This document shows, piece after piece, positions 52,101-64,000 of a DNA stretch of 64,000 nucleotides (positions within the stretch are counted from its first letter, which is position 1; the number at the start of each line of letters is the position of its first letter). The position numbers were made by a program, and so were the translations under genes. Location: the NCBI GenBank assembly GCA_964057225.1, contig OZ059897.1:10912001-10976000 (forward strand), written 5' to 3'. Below the pieces are notes generated by a model that was not told the origin of the DNA, did no database searches, and saw nothing but the letters and a program-made list of their open reading frames with translations. The stretch comes from Auanema rhodensis. Taxonomy: Eukaryota > Animalia > Nematoda.

Positions 52101-53025
52101 TTTTTTGTTTTGAAATTTAAATGCTATAAAACTATTGCTTGCTTGTCATGTTAGATTTTTTTAATTTGAATACTTATTCAAGTTTTAACAATTTTGGATT
52201 TAATCACGTTCAATCAACTGTATTGTTTTCAAAAATAAAGACATCTTTCAATTTCTGGTCATTGAATTTGAATTTTCATGTTGTCACACAGAAATTGAAG
52301 AATCTTAGTTCATTTCAGTAACAATGAACGCACTAACTTTGTTAAGTTGTTGTAATATCGGCCCAAGTAGTATAGTGGTTAGTACTCCACGTTGTGGCCG
52401 TGGCGACACAGATTCGATTCCTGTCTTGGGCATTTTTTGTTTTGAAATTAAAATGCTATAAACATATTGCTTGCTTGTCATGTTAGATTTGTTTAATTCA
52501 AATACTTATTTAAGTTCTAACAATTTTCGATTTAATCACGTTCAATCAACTGTATTGTTTTCAAAAATAAAGACATCTTTCAATTTCTGGTCATTGAATT
52601 AGAATTTTCATGTTGTCACACAGAAATTGAAGAATGTTAGTTCATTTCAGTAACAATGAACACACTAACTTTGTTAAGTTGTTGTAATATCGGCCCAAGT
52701 AGTATAGTGGTCAGTACTCCACGTTGTGGCCGTGGCGACACAGATTCGATTCCTGTCTTGGGCATTTTTTGTTTCGAAATTAAAATGCTATAAACATATT
52801 GCTTGCTTGTCATGTTAGATTTCTTTAATTCAAATACATATTTAAGTTCTAACAATTATTGATTTAATCACGTTCAATTAACTGTATTTTTTTTCAAAAA
52901 TAAAGACAAAATTCAATTTCTGTTCATTGAATTAGAATTTTCATGTTGTCACACAGAAATTGAAGAATCTTAGTTCATTTCAGTAACAATGAACAGAATA
53001 ACTTTGTTTAGTTGTTGTCATATCG

Positions 53026-53097
53026 GCCCAAGTAGTATAGTGGTTAGTACTCCACGTTGTGGCCGTGGCGACACAGGTTCGATTCCTGTCTTGGGCA
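53026..53097 (+). tRNA. tRNA-His: tRNA-His(GUG), canonical copy
   Basis: Same sequence as the 7800 copy. Confidence 0.93.
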
Positions 53098-53689
53098 TTT
53101 TTTGTTTTGAAATTAAAATGCTATAAACATATTGCTTGCTTGTCATGTTAGATTTCTTTAATTCAAATACTTATTTAAGTTCTAACAATTTTTGATTTAA
53201 TCACGTTCAATTAACTGTATTGTTTTCAAAAATAAAGACATCTTTCAATTTCTGGTCATTGAATTAGAATTTTCATGTTGTCACACAGAAATTGAAGATT
53301 CTTAGTTCAATTCAGTAACAATGAACACACTAATTTTTTTAAGTTGTTGTGATATCGGCCCAAGTAATATAGTGGTTAGTACTCCACGTTGTGGCCGTGG
53401 CGACACAGATTCGATTCCTGTCTTGGGCATTTTTTGTTTTGAAATTAAAATGCTACAAAATTATTGCTTGCTTGTCATGTTAGATTTCTTTAATTTGAAT
53501 ATTTATTCAAGTTATAACAATTTTTGAATTAATCACGTTCAATCAACTGTATTGTTTTCAAAAATAAAGACAAAATTCAATTTCTGTTCATTGAATTAGA
53601 ATTTTCATGTTGTCACACAGAAATTGAAGAATCTTAGTTCATTTCAGTAACAATGAACACACTAACTTTGTTAAGTTGTTGTAATATCG

Positions 53690-53761
53690 GCCCAAGTAGT
53701 ATAGTGGTTAGTACTCCACGTTGTGGCCGTGGCGACACAGGTTCGATTCCTGTCTTGGGCA
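53690..53761 (+). tRNA. tRNA-His: tRNA-His(GUG), canonical copy
   Basis: Same sequence as the 7800 copy. Confidence 0.93.
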
Positions 53762-54686
53762 TTTTTTGTTTTGAAATTTAAATGCTATAAAATTATTGCT
53801 TGCTTGTCATGTTAGATTTTTTTAATTTGAATACTTATTCAAGTTTTAACAATTTTGGATTTAATCACGTTCAATCAACTGTATTGTTTTCAAAAATAAA
53901 GACATCTTTCAATTTCTGGTCATTGAATTTGAATTTTCATGTTGTCACACAGAAATTGAAGAATCTTAGTTCATTTCAGTAACAATGAACACACTAACTT
54001 TGTTAAGTTGTTGTAATATCGGCCCAAGTAGTATAGTGGTTAGTACTCCACGTTGTGGCCGTGGCGACACAGATTCGATTCCTGTCTTGGGCATTTTTTG
54101 TTTTGAAATTAAAATGCTATAAACATATTGCTTGCTTGTCATGTTAGATTTGTTTAATTCAAATACTTATTTAAGTTCTAACAATTTTCGATTTAATCAC
54201 GTTCAATCAACTGTATTGTTTTCAAAAATAAAGACATCTTTCAATTTCTGGTCATTGAATTAGAATTTTCATGTTGTCACACAGAAATTGAAGAATCTTA
54301 GTTCATTTCAGTAACAATGAACACACTAACTTTGTTAAGTTGTTGTAATATCGGCCCAAGTAGTATAGTGGTCAGTACTCCACGTTGTGGCCGTGGCGAC
54401 ACAGATTCGATTCCTGTCTTGGGCATTTTTTGTTTCGAAATTAAAATGCTATAAACATATTGCTTGCTTGTCATGTTAGATTTCTTTAATTCAAATACAT
54501 ATTTAAGTTCTAACAATTTTTGATTTAATCACGTTCAATTAACTGTATTTTTTTTCAAAAATAAAGACAAAATTCAATTTCTGTTCATTGAATTAGAATT
54601 TTCATGTTGTCACACAGAAAATGAAGAATCTTAGTTCATTTCAGTAACAATGAACAGAATAACTTTGTTTAGTTGTTGTAATATCG

Positions 54687-54758
54687 GCCCAAGTAGTATA
54701 GTGGTTAGTACTCCACGTTGTGGCCGTGGCGACACAGGTTCGATTCCTGTCTTGGGCA
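54687..54758 (+). tRNA. tRNA-His: tRNA-His(GUG), canonical copy
   Basis: Same sequence as the 7800 copy. Confidence 0.93.
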
Positions 54759-55018
54759 TTTTTTGTTTTGAAATTAAAATGCTACAAAATTATTGCTTGC
54801 TTGTCATGTTAGATTTCTTTAATTCAAATACATATTTAAGTTCTAACAATTTTTGATTTAATCACGTTCAATTAACTGTATTGTTTTCAAAAATAAAGAC
54901 ATCATCCAATTTCTGGTCATTGAATTAGAATTTTCATGTTGTCACACAGAAATTGAAGAATCTTAGTTCATTTCAGTAACAATGAACACACTAACTTTGT
55001 TAAGTTGTTGTAATATCG

Positions 55019-55090
55019 GCCCAAGTAGTATAGTGGTTAGTACTCCACGTTGTGGCCGTGGCGACACAGGTTCGATTCCTGTCTTGGGCA
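55019..55090 (+). tRNA. tRNA-His: tRNA-His(GUG), canonical copy
   Basis: Same sequence as the 7800 copy. Confidence 0.93.
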
Positions 55091-55682
55091 TTTTTTGTTT
55101 TGAAATTTAAATGCTATAAAATTATTGCTTGCTTGTCATGTTAGATTTTTTTAATTTGAATACTTTTTCAAGTTTTAACAATTTTGGATTTAATCACGTT
55201 CAATCAACTGTATTGTTTTCAAAAATAAAGACATCTTTCAATTTCTGGTCATTGAATTTGAATTTTCATGTTGTCACACAGAAATTGAAGAATCTTAGTT
55301 CATTTCAGTAACAATGAACACACTAACTTTGTTAAGTTGTTGTAATATCGGCCCAAGTAGTATAGTGGTTAGTACTCCACGTTGTGGCCGTGGCGACACA
55401 GATTCGATTCCTGTCTTGGGCATTTTTTGTTTTGAAATTAAAATGCTATAAACATATTGCTTGCTTGTCATGTTAGATTTGTTTAATTCAAATACTTATT
55501 TAAGTTCTAACAATTTTCGATTTAATCACGTTCAATCAACTGTATTGTTTTCAAAAATAAAGACATCTTTCAATTTCTGGTCATTGAATTAGAATTTTCA
55601 TGTTGTCACACAGAAATTGAAGAATCTTGGTTCATTTCAGTAACAATGAACACACTAACTTTGTTAAGTTGTTGTAATATCG

Positions 55683-55754
55683 GCCCAAGTAGTATAGTGG
55701 TTAGTACTCCACGTTGTGGCCGTGGCGACACAGGTTCGATTCCTGTCTTGGGCA
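55683..55754 (+). tRNA. tRNA-His: tRNA-His(GUG), canonical copy
   Basis: Same sequence as the 7800 copy. Confidence 0.93.
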
Positions 55755-56679
55755 TTTTTTGTTTTGAAATTTAAATGCTATAAAACTATTGCTTGCTTGT
55801 CATGTTAGATTTTTTTAATTTGAATACTTATTCAAGTTTTAACAATTTTGGATTTAATCACGTTCAATCAACTGTATTGTTTTCAAAAATAAAGACATCT
55901 TTCAATTTCTGGTCATTGAATTTGAATTTTCATGTTGTCACACAGAAATTGAAGAATCTTAGTTCATTTCAGTAACAATGAACGCACTAACTTTGTTAAG
56001 TTGTTGTAATATCGGCCCAAGTAGTATAGTGGTTAGTACTCCACGTTGTGGCCGTGGCGACACAGATTCGATTCCTGTCTTGGGCATTTTTTGTTTTGAA
56101 ATTAAAATGCTATAAACATATTGCTTGCTTGTCATGTTAGATTTGTTTAATTCAAATACTTATTTAAGTTCTAACAATTTTCGATTTAATCACGTTCAAT
56201 CAACTGTATTGTTTTCAAAAATAAAGACATCTTTCAATTTCTGGTCATTGAATTAGAATTTTCATGTTGTCACACAGAAATTGAAGAATGTTAGTTCATT
56301 TCAGTAACAATGAACACACTAACTTTGTTAAGTTGTTGTAATATCGGCCCAAGTAGTATAGTGGTCAGTACTCCACGTTGTGGCCGTGGCGACACAGATT
56401 CGATTCCTGTCTTGGGCATTTTTTGTTTCGAAATTAAAATGCTATAAACATATTGCTTGCTTGTCATGTTAGATTTCTTTAATTCAAATACATATTTAAG
56501 TTCTAACAATTTTTGATTTAATCACGTTCAATTAACTGTATTTTTTTTCAAAAATAAAGACAAAATTCAATTTCTGTTCATTGAATTAGAATTTTCATGT
56601 TGTCACACAGAAAATGAAGAATCTTAGTTCATTTCAGTAACAATGAACAGAATAACTTTGTTTAGTTGTTGTAATATCG

Positions 56680-56751
56680 GCCCAAGTAGTATAGTGGTTA
56701 GTACTCCACGTTGTGGCCGTGGCGACACAGGTTCGATTCCTGTCTTGGGCA
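56680..56751 (+). tRNA. tRNA-His: tRNA-His(GUG), canonical copy
   Basis: Same sequence as the 7800 copy. Confidence 0.93.
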
Positions 56752-57011
56752 TTTTTTGTTTTGAAATTAAAATGCTACAAAATTATTGCTTGCTTGTCAT
56801 GTTAGATTTCTTTATTTCAAATACATATTTAAGTTCTAACAATTTTTGATTTAATCACGTTCAATTAACTGTATTGTTTTCAAAAATAAAGACAAAATTC
56901 AATTTCTGTTCATTGAATTAGAATTTTCATGTTGTCACACAGAAATTGAAGAATCTTAGTTCATTTCAGTAACAATGAACAGAATAACTTTGTTTAGTTG
57001 TTGTCATATCG

Positions 57012-57083
57012 GCCCAAGTAGTATAGTGGTTAGTACTCCACGTTGTGGCCGTGGCGACACAGGTTCGATTCCTGTCTTGGGCA
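57012..57083 (+). tRNA. tRNA-His: tRNA-His(GUG), canonical copy
   Basis: Same sequence as the 7800 copy. Confidence 0.93.
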
Positions 57084-57675
57084 TTTTTTGTTTTGAAATT
57101 AAAATGCTATAAACATATTGCTTGCTTGTCATGTTAGATTTCTTTAATTCAAATACTTATTTAAATTCTAACAATTTTTGATTTAATCACGTTCAATTAA
57201 CTGTATTGTTTTCAAAAATAAAGACATCTTTCAATTTCTGGTCATTGAATTAGAATTTTCATGTTGTCACACAGAAATTGAAGATTCTTAGTTCAATTCA
57301 GTAACAATGAACACACTAATTTTTTTAAGTTGTTGTGATATCGGCCCAAGTAATATAGTGGTTAGTACTCCACGTTGTGGCCGTGGCGACACAGATTCGA
57401 TTCCTGTCTTGGGCATTTTTTGTTTTGAAATTAAAATGCTACAAAATTATTGCTTGCTTGTCATGTTAGATTTCTTTAATTTGAATATTTATTCAAGTTA
57501 TAACAATTTTCGATTTAATCACGTTCAATCAACTGTATTGTTTTCAAAAATAAAGACAAAATTCAATTTCTGTTCATTGAATTAGAATTTTCATGTTGTC
57601 ACACAGAAATTGAAGAATCTTAGTTCATTTCAGTAACAATGAACACACTAACTTTGTTAAGTTGTTGTAATATCG

Positions 57676-57747
57676 GCCCAAGTAGTATAGTGGTTAGTAC
57701 TCCACGTTGTGGCCGTGGCGACACAGGTTCGATTCCTGTCTTGGGCA
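57676..57747 (+). tRNA. tRNA-His: tRNA-His(GUG), canonical copy
   Basis: Same sequence as the 7800 copy. Confidence 0.93.
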
Positions 57748-58671
57748 TTTTTTGTTTTGAAATTTAAATGCTATAAAATTATTGCTTGCTTGTCATGTTA
57801 GATTTTTTTAATTTGAATACTTATTCAAGTTTTAACAATTTTGGATTTAATCACGTTCAATCAACTGTATTGTTTTCAAAAATAAAGACATCTTTCAATT
57901 TCTGGTCATTGAATTTGAATTTTCATGTTGTCACACAGAAATTGAAGAATCTTAGTTCATTTCAGTAACAATGAACACACTAACTTTGTTAAGTTGTTGT
58001 AATATCGGCCCAAGTAGTATAGTGGTTAGTACTCCACGTTGTGGCCGTGGCGACACAGATTCGATTCCTGTCTTGGGCATTTTTTGTTTTGAAATTAAAA
58101 TGCTATAAACATATTGCTTGCTTGTCATGTTAGATTTGTTTAATTCAAATACTTATTTAAGTTCTAACAATTTTCGATTTAATCACGTTCAATCAACTGT
58201 ATTGTTTTCAAAAATAAAGACATCTTTCAATTTCTGGTCATTGAATTAGAATTTTCATGTTGTCACACAGAAATTGAAGAATCTTAGTTCATTTCAGTAA
58301 CAATGAACACACTAACTTTGTTAAGTTGTTGTAATATCGGCCCAAGTAGTATAGTGGTCAGTACTCCACGTTGTGGCCGTGGCGACACAGATTCGATTCC
58401 TGTCTTGGGCATTTTTTGTTTTGAAATTAAAATGCTACAAAATTATTGCTTGCTTGTCATGTTAGATTTTTTTAATTTGAATACTTATTTAAGTTATAAC
58501 AATTTTCGATTTAATCACGTTCAATCAACTGTATTGTTTTCAAAAATAAAGACAAAATTCAATTTCTGTTCATTGAATTAGAATTTTCATGTTGTCACAC
58601 AGAAATTGAAGAATCTTAGTTCATTTCAGTAACAATGAACAGAATAACTTTGTTTAAATGTTGTAATATCG

Positions 58672-58743
58672 GCCCAAGTAGTATAGTGGTTAGTACTCCA
58701 CGTTGTGGCCGTGGCGACACAGGTTCGATTCCTGTCTTGGGCA
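58672..58743 (+). tRNA. tRNA-His: tRNA-His(GUG), canonical copy
   Basis: Same sequence as the 7800 copy. Confidence 0.93.
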
Positions 58744-60662
58744 TTTTTTGTTTTGAAATTAAAATGCTATAAACATATTGCTTGCTTGTCATGTTAGATT
58801 TCTTTAATTAAATACTTATTTAAGTTCTAACAATTTTCGATTTAATCACGTTCAATCAACTGTATTGTTTTCAAAAATAAAGACATCTTTCAATTTCTGG
58901 TCATTGAATTTGAATTTTCATGTTGTCACACAGAAATTGAAGAATCTTAGTTCATTTCAGTAACAATGAACACACTAACTTTGTTAAGTTGTTGTAATAT
59001 CAGCCCAAGTAGTATAGTGGTTAGTACTCCACGTTGTGGCCGTGGCTACACAGGTTCGATTCCTGTTTTGGGCATTTTTTGTTTTGAAATTAAAATGCTA
59101 CAAAATTATTGCTTGCTTGTCATGTTAGATTTCTTTAATTTGAATACTTATTCAAGTTATAACAATTTTTGATTTAATCACGTTCAATCAACTGTATTGT
59201 TTTCAAAAATAAAGACATCATCCAATTTCTGGTCATTGAATTAGAATTTTCATGTTGTCACACAGAAATTGAAGAATCTTAGTTCAATTCAGTAACAATG
59301 AACACAATAACTTTGTTAAGTTGTTGTAATATCAGCCCAAGTAGTATAGTGGTTAGTACTCCACGTTGTGGCCGTGGCGACACAGGTTCGATTCCTGTTT
59401 TGGGCATTTTTTGTTTTGAAATTAAAATGCTATAAACATATTGCTTGCTTGTCATGTTAGATTTGTTTAATTCAAATACTTATTTAAGTTCTAACAATTT
59501 TCGATTTAATCACGTTCAATCAACTGTATTGTTTTCAAAAATAAAGACATCTTTCAATTTCTGGTCATTGAATTAGAATTTTCATGTTGTCACACAGAAA
59601 TTGAAGAATCTTAGTTCATTTCAGTAACAATGAACACACTAACTTTGTTAAGTTGTTGTAATATCGGCCCAAGTAGTATAGTGGTTAGTACTCCACGTTG
59701 TGGCCGTGGCGACACAGATTCGATTCCTGTCTTGGGCATTTTTTGTTTTGAAATTAAAATGCTATAAACATATTGCTTGCTTGTCATGTTAGATTTGTTT
59801 AATTCAAATACTTATTTAAGTTCAAACAATTTTCGATTTAATCACGTTCAATCAACTGTATTGTTTTCAAAAATAAAGACATCTTTCAATTTCTGGTCAT
59901 TGAATTAGAATTTTCATGTTGTCACACAGAAATTGAAGAATCTTAGTTCATTTCAGTAACAATGAACACACTAACTTTGTTAAGTTGTTGTAATATCGGC
60001 CCAAGTAGTATAGTGGTCAGTACTCCACGTTGTGGCCGTGGCGACACAGATTCGATTCCTGTCTTGGGCATTTTTTGTTTCGAAATTAAAATGCTATAAA
60101 CATATTGCTTGCTTGTCATGTTAGATTTCTTTAATTCAAATACTTATTTAAGTTCTAACAATTTTCGATTTAATCACGTTCAATCAACTGTATTGTTTTC
60201 AAAAATAAAGACATCTTTCAATTTCTGGTCATTGAATTAGAATTTTCATGTTGTCACACAGAAATTGAAGAATCTTAGTTCATTTCAGTAACAATGAACA
60301 CACTAACTTTGTTAAGTTGTTGTAATATCGGCCCAAGTAGTATAGTGGTCAGTACTCCACGTTGTGGCCGTGGCGACACAGATTCGATTCCTGTCTTGGG
60401 CATTTTTTGTTTTGAAATTAAAATGCTACAAAATTATTGCTTGCTTGTCATGTTAGATTTTTTTAATTTGAATACTTATTTAAGTTATAACAATTTTCGA
60501 TTTAATCACGTTCAATCAACTGTATTGTTTTCAAAAATAAAGACAAGATTCAATTTCTGTTCATTGAATTGGAATTTTCATGTTGTCACACAGAAATTGA
60601 AGAATCTTAGTTCATTTCAGTAACAATGAACAGAATAACTTTGTTTAAATGTTGTAATATCG

Positions 60663-60734
60663 GCCCAAGTAGTATAGTGGTTAGTACTCCACGTTGTGGC
60701 CGTGGCGACACAGGTTCGATTCCTGTCTTGGGCA
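60663..60734 (+). tRNA. tRNA-His: tRNA-His(GUG), canonical copy
   Basis: Same sequence as the 7800 copy. Confidence 0.93.
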
Positions 60735-61657
60735 TTTTTTGTTTTGAAATTAAAATGCTATAAACATATTGCTTGCTTGTCATGTTAGATTTCTTTAATT
60801 AAATACTTATTTAAGTTCTAACAATTTTCGATTTAATCACGTTCAATCAACTGTATTGTTTTCAAAAATAAAGACATCTTTCAATTTCTGGTCATTGAAT
60901 TTGAATTTTCATGTTGTCACACAGAAATTGAAGAATCTTAGTTCATTTCAGTAACAATGAACACACTAACTTTGTTAAGTTGTTGTAATATCAGCCCAAG
61001 TAGTATAGTGGTTAGTACTCCACGTTGTGGCCGTGGCTACACAGGTTCGATTCCTGTTTTGGGCATTTTTTGTTTTGAAATTAAAATGCTACAAAATTAT
61101 TGCTTGCTTGTCATGTTAGATTTCTTTAATTTAAATACTTATTCAAGTTATAACAATTTTTGATTTAATCACGTTCAATCAACTGTATTGTTTTCAAAAA
61201 TAAAGACATCATCCAATTTCTGGTCATTGAATTAGAATTTTCATGTTGTCACACAGAAATTGAAGAATCTTAGTTCAATTCAGTAACAATGAACACAATA
61301 ACTTTGTTAAGTTGTTGTAATATCAGCCCAAGTAGTATAGTGGTTAGTACTCCACGTTGTGGCCGTGGCGACACAGGTTCGATTCCTGTTTTGGGCATTT
61401 TTTGTTTTGAAATTAAAATGCTATAAACATATTGCTTGCTTGTCATGTTAGATTTGTTTAATTCAAATACTTATTTAAGTTCTAACAATTTTCGATTTAA
61501 TCACGTTCAATCAACTGTATTGTTTTCAAAAATAAAGACATCTTTCAATTTCTGGTCATTGAATTAGAATTTTCATGTTGTCACACAGAAATTGAAGAAT
61601 CTTAGTTCATTTCAGTAACAATGAACACACTAACTTTGTTAAGTTGTTGTAATATCG

Positions 61658-61729
61658 GCCCAAGTAGTATAGTGGTTAGTACTCCACGTTGTGGCCGTGG
61701 CGACACAGGTTCGATTCCTGTCTTGGGCA
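61658..61729 (+). tRNA. tRNA-His: tRNA-His(GUG), canonical copy
   Basis: Same sequence as the 7800 copy. Confidence 0.93.
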
Positions 61730-63317
61730 TTTTTTGTTTTGAAATTTAAATGCTATAAAACTATTGCTTGCTTGTCATGTTAGATTTTTTTAATTTGAAT
61801 ACTTATTCAAGTTTTAACAATTTTGGATTTAATCACGTTCAATCAACTGTATTGTTTTTAAAAATAAAGACATCTTTCAATTTCTGGTCATTGAATTTGA
61901 ATTTTCATGTTGTCACACAGAAATTGAAGAATCTTAGTTCATTTCAGTAACAATGAACACACTAACTTTGTTAAGTTGTTGTAATATCGGCCCAAGTAGT
62001 ATAGTGGTTAGTACTCCACGTTGTGGCCGTGGCGACACAGATTCGATTCCTGTCTTGGGCATTTTTTGTTTTGAAATTAAAATGCTATAAACATATTGCT
62101 TGCTTGTCATGTTAGATTTGTTTAATTCAAATACTTATTTAAGTTCTAACAATTTTCGATTTAATCACGTTCAATCAACTGTATTGTTTTCAAAAATAAA
62201 GACATCTTTCAATTTCTGGTCATTGAATTAGAATTTTCATGTTGTCACACAGAAATTGAAGAATCTTAGTTCATTTCAGTAACAATGAACACACTAACTT
62301 TGTTAAGTTGTTGTAATATCGGCCCAAGTAGTATAGTGGTCAGTACTCCACGTTGTGGCCGTGGCGACACAGATTCGATTCCTGTCTTGGGCATTTTTTG
62401 TTTCGAAATTAAAATGCTATAAACATATTGCTTGCTTGTCATGTTAGATTTCTTTAATTCAAATACATATTTAAGTTCTAACAATTTTTGATTTAATCAC
62501 GTTCAATTAACTGTATTGTTTTCAAAAATAAAGACAAAATTCAATTTCTGGTCATTGAATTTGAATTTTCATGTTGTCACACAGAAATTGAAGAATCTTA
62601 GTTCATTTCAGTAACAATGAACACACTAACTTTGTTAAGTTGTTGTAATATCGGCCCAAGTAGTATAGTGGTTAGTACTCCACGTTGTGGCCGTGGCGAC
62701 ACAGATTCGATTCCTGTCTTGGGCATTTTTTGTTTTGAAATTAAAATGCTATAAACATATTGCTTGCTTGTCATGTTAGATTTGTTTAATTCAAATACTT
62801 ATTTAAGTTCTAACAATTTTCGATTTAATCACGTTCAATCAACTGTATTGTTTTCAAAAATAAAGACATCTTTCAATTTCTGGTCATTGAATTAGAATTT
62901 TCATGTTGTCACACAGAAATTGAAGAATCTTAGTTCATTTCAGTAACAATGAACACACTAACTTTGTTAAGTTGTTGTAATATCGGCCCAAGTAGTATAG
63001 TGGTCAGTACTCCACGTTGTGGCCGTGGCGACACAGATTCGATTCCTGTCTTGGGCATTTTTTGTTTCGAAATTAAAATGCTATAAACATATTGCTTGCT
63101 TGTCATGTTAGATTTCTTTAATTCAAATACATATTTAAGTTCTAACAATTTTTGATTTAATCACGTTCAATTAACTGTATTGTTTTCAAAAATAAAGACA
63201 AAATTCAATTTCTGGTCATTGAATTTGAATTTTCATGTTGTCACACAGAAATTGAAGAATCTTAGTTCATTTCAGTAACAATGAACACACTAACTTTGTT
63301 TAGTTGTTGTAATATCG

Positions 63318-63389
63318 GCCCAAGTAGTATAGTGGTTAGTACTCCACGTTGTGGCCGTGGCGACACAGGTTCGATTCCTGTCTTGGGCA
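63318..63389 (+). tRNA. tRNA-His: tRNA-His(GUG), canonical copy
   Basis: Same sequence as the 7800 copy. Confidence 0.93.
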
Positions 63390-64000
63390 TTTTTTGTTTT
63401 GAAATTAAAATGCTACAAAATTATTGCTTGCTTGTCATGTTAGATTTCTTTAATTCAAATACATATTTAAGTTCTAACAATTTTCGATTTAATCACGTTC
63501 AATCAACTGTATTGTTTTCAAAAATAAAGACATCTTTCAATTTCTGGTCATTGAATTAGAATTTTCATGTTGTCACACAGAAATTGAAGAATCTTAGTTC
63601 ATTTCAGTAACAATGAACACACTAACTTTGTTAAGTTGTTGTAATATCGGCCCAAGTAGTATAGTGGTCAGTACTCCACGTTGTGGCCGTGGCGACACAG
63701 ATTCGATTCCTGTCTTGGGCATTTTTTGTTTCGAAATTAAAATGCTATAAACATATTGCTTGCTTGTCATGTTAGATTTCTTTAATTCAAATACATATTT
63801 AAGTTCTAACAATTTTTGATTTAATCACGTTCAATTAACTGTATTGTTTTCAAAAATAAAGACAAAATTCAATTTCTGGTCATTGAATTTGAATTTTCAT
63901 GTTGTCACACAGAAATTGAAGAATCTTAGTTCATTTCAGTAACAATGAACACACTAACTTTGTTTAGTTGTTGTAATATCGGCCCAAGTAGTATAGTGGT

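Larger units (their letters stand above)
1..64000 (+). repeat. Tandem array of 332-bp tRNA-His-containing monomers (~189 units), extends past both window edges
   Basis: tRNA starts recur every 332 bp (70, 402, ... 5382; 6804...23736; 24806...28126; 29196...32848; 33103...63982, with only 1-2 bp indels in the last block). ORF-track starts show the same period. Confidence 0.99.

Noticed and set aside
365-63812. Dozens of 60-109 aa ORFs (MNTLTLLS..., MLVMLD..., MLELKY...)
   Set aside because: They are translations through the tRNA and spacer. They open and close with single SNPs (CAA/TAA, CGA/TGA, TAG/TTG) and have no recognisable domain.
1-64000. CRISPR array or integron-like cassette array
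   Set aside because: The intervals between conserved GC-rich cores are near-identical rather than unique spacers. The core is a tRNA, and there are no cas or integrase genes.
1-64000. Tandem SINE array
   Set aside because: Canonical copies have a fully paired cloverleaf and terminate immediately after A73, with no SINE body, tail or TSDs.

Overview
The whole window is a eukaryotic head-to-tail tandem array of a 332-bp AT-rich monomer. Each monomer carries one + strand tRNA-His(GUG) gene (72 nt, no intron, no encoded CCA, A73) followed directly by a T6 Pol III terminator. By manual count there are about 189 tRNA starts from 70 to 63982, and the last is cut by the window edge. Only about a quarter of copies keep both G10 (A box) and G53 (B box). 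The rest carry the same one or two promoter/structure-breaking substitutions, so the locus looks like a tRNA gene array partly converted into a satellite with local higher-order repeats (2- to 12-mers). The interruptions are: (i) a complex rearrangement cluster at 5516-6606, comprising a ~140-bp foreign segment, a 6-bp tRNA deletion, a 213-bp deletion and an inverted templated insertion that splits a tRNA at its anticodon; (ii) a 738-bp 5'-truncated CR1/L2-like LINE 3' end, present twice (23972-24709, 28362-29099) through a 4390-bp duplication, with the empty-site allele still present; (iii) a 77-bp deletion at ~33092; (iv) one copy whose anticodon has changed to TTG (Gln). None of the listed ORFs is a credible gene apart from the LINE ORF2 remnant. 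There is no CRISPR or other prokaryotic system. The LINE type suggests an animal host (inference). I see no new protein-based system; the novelty is in array architecture.
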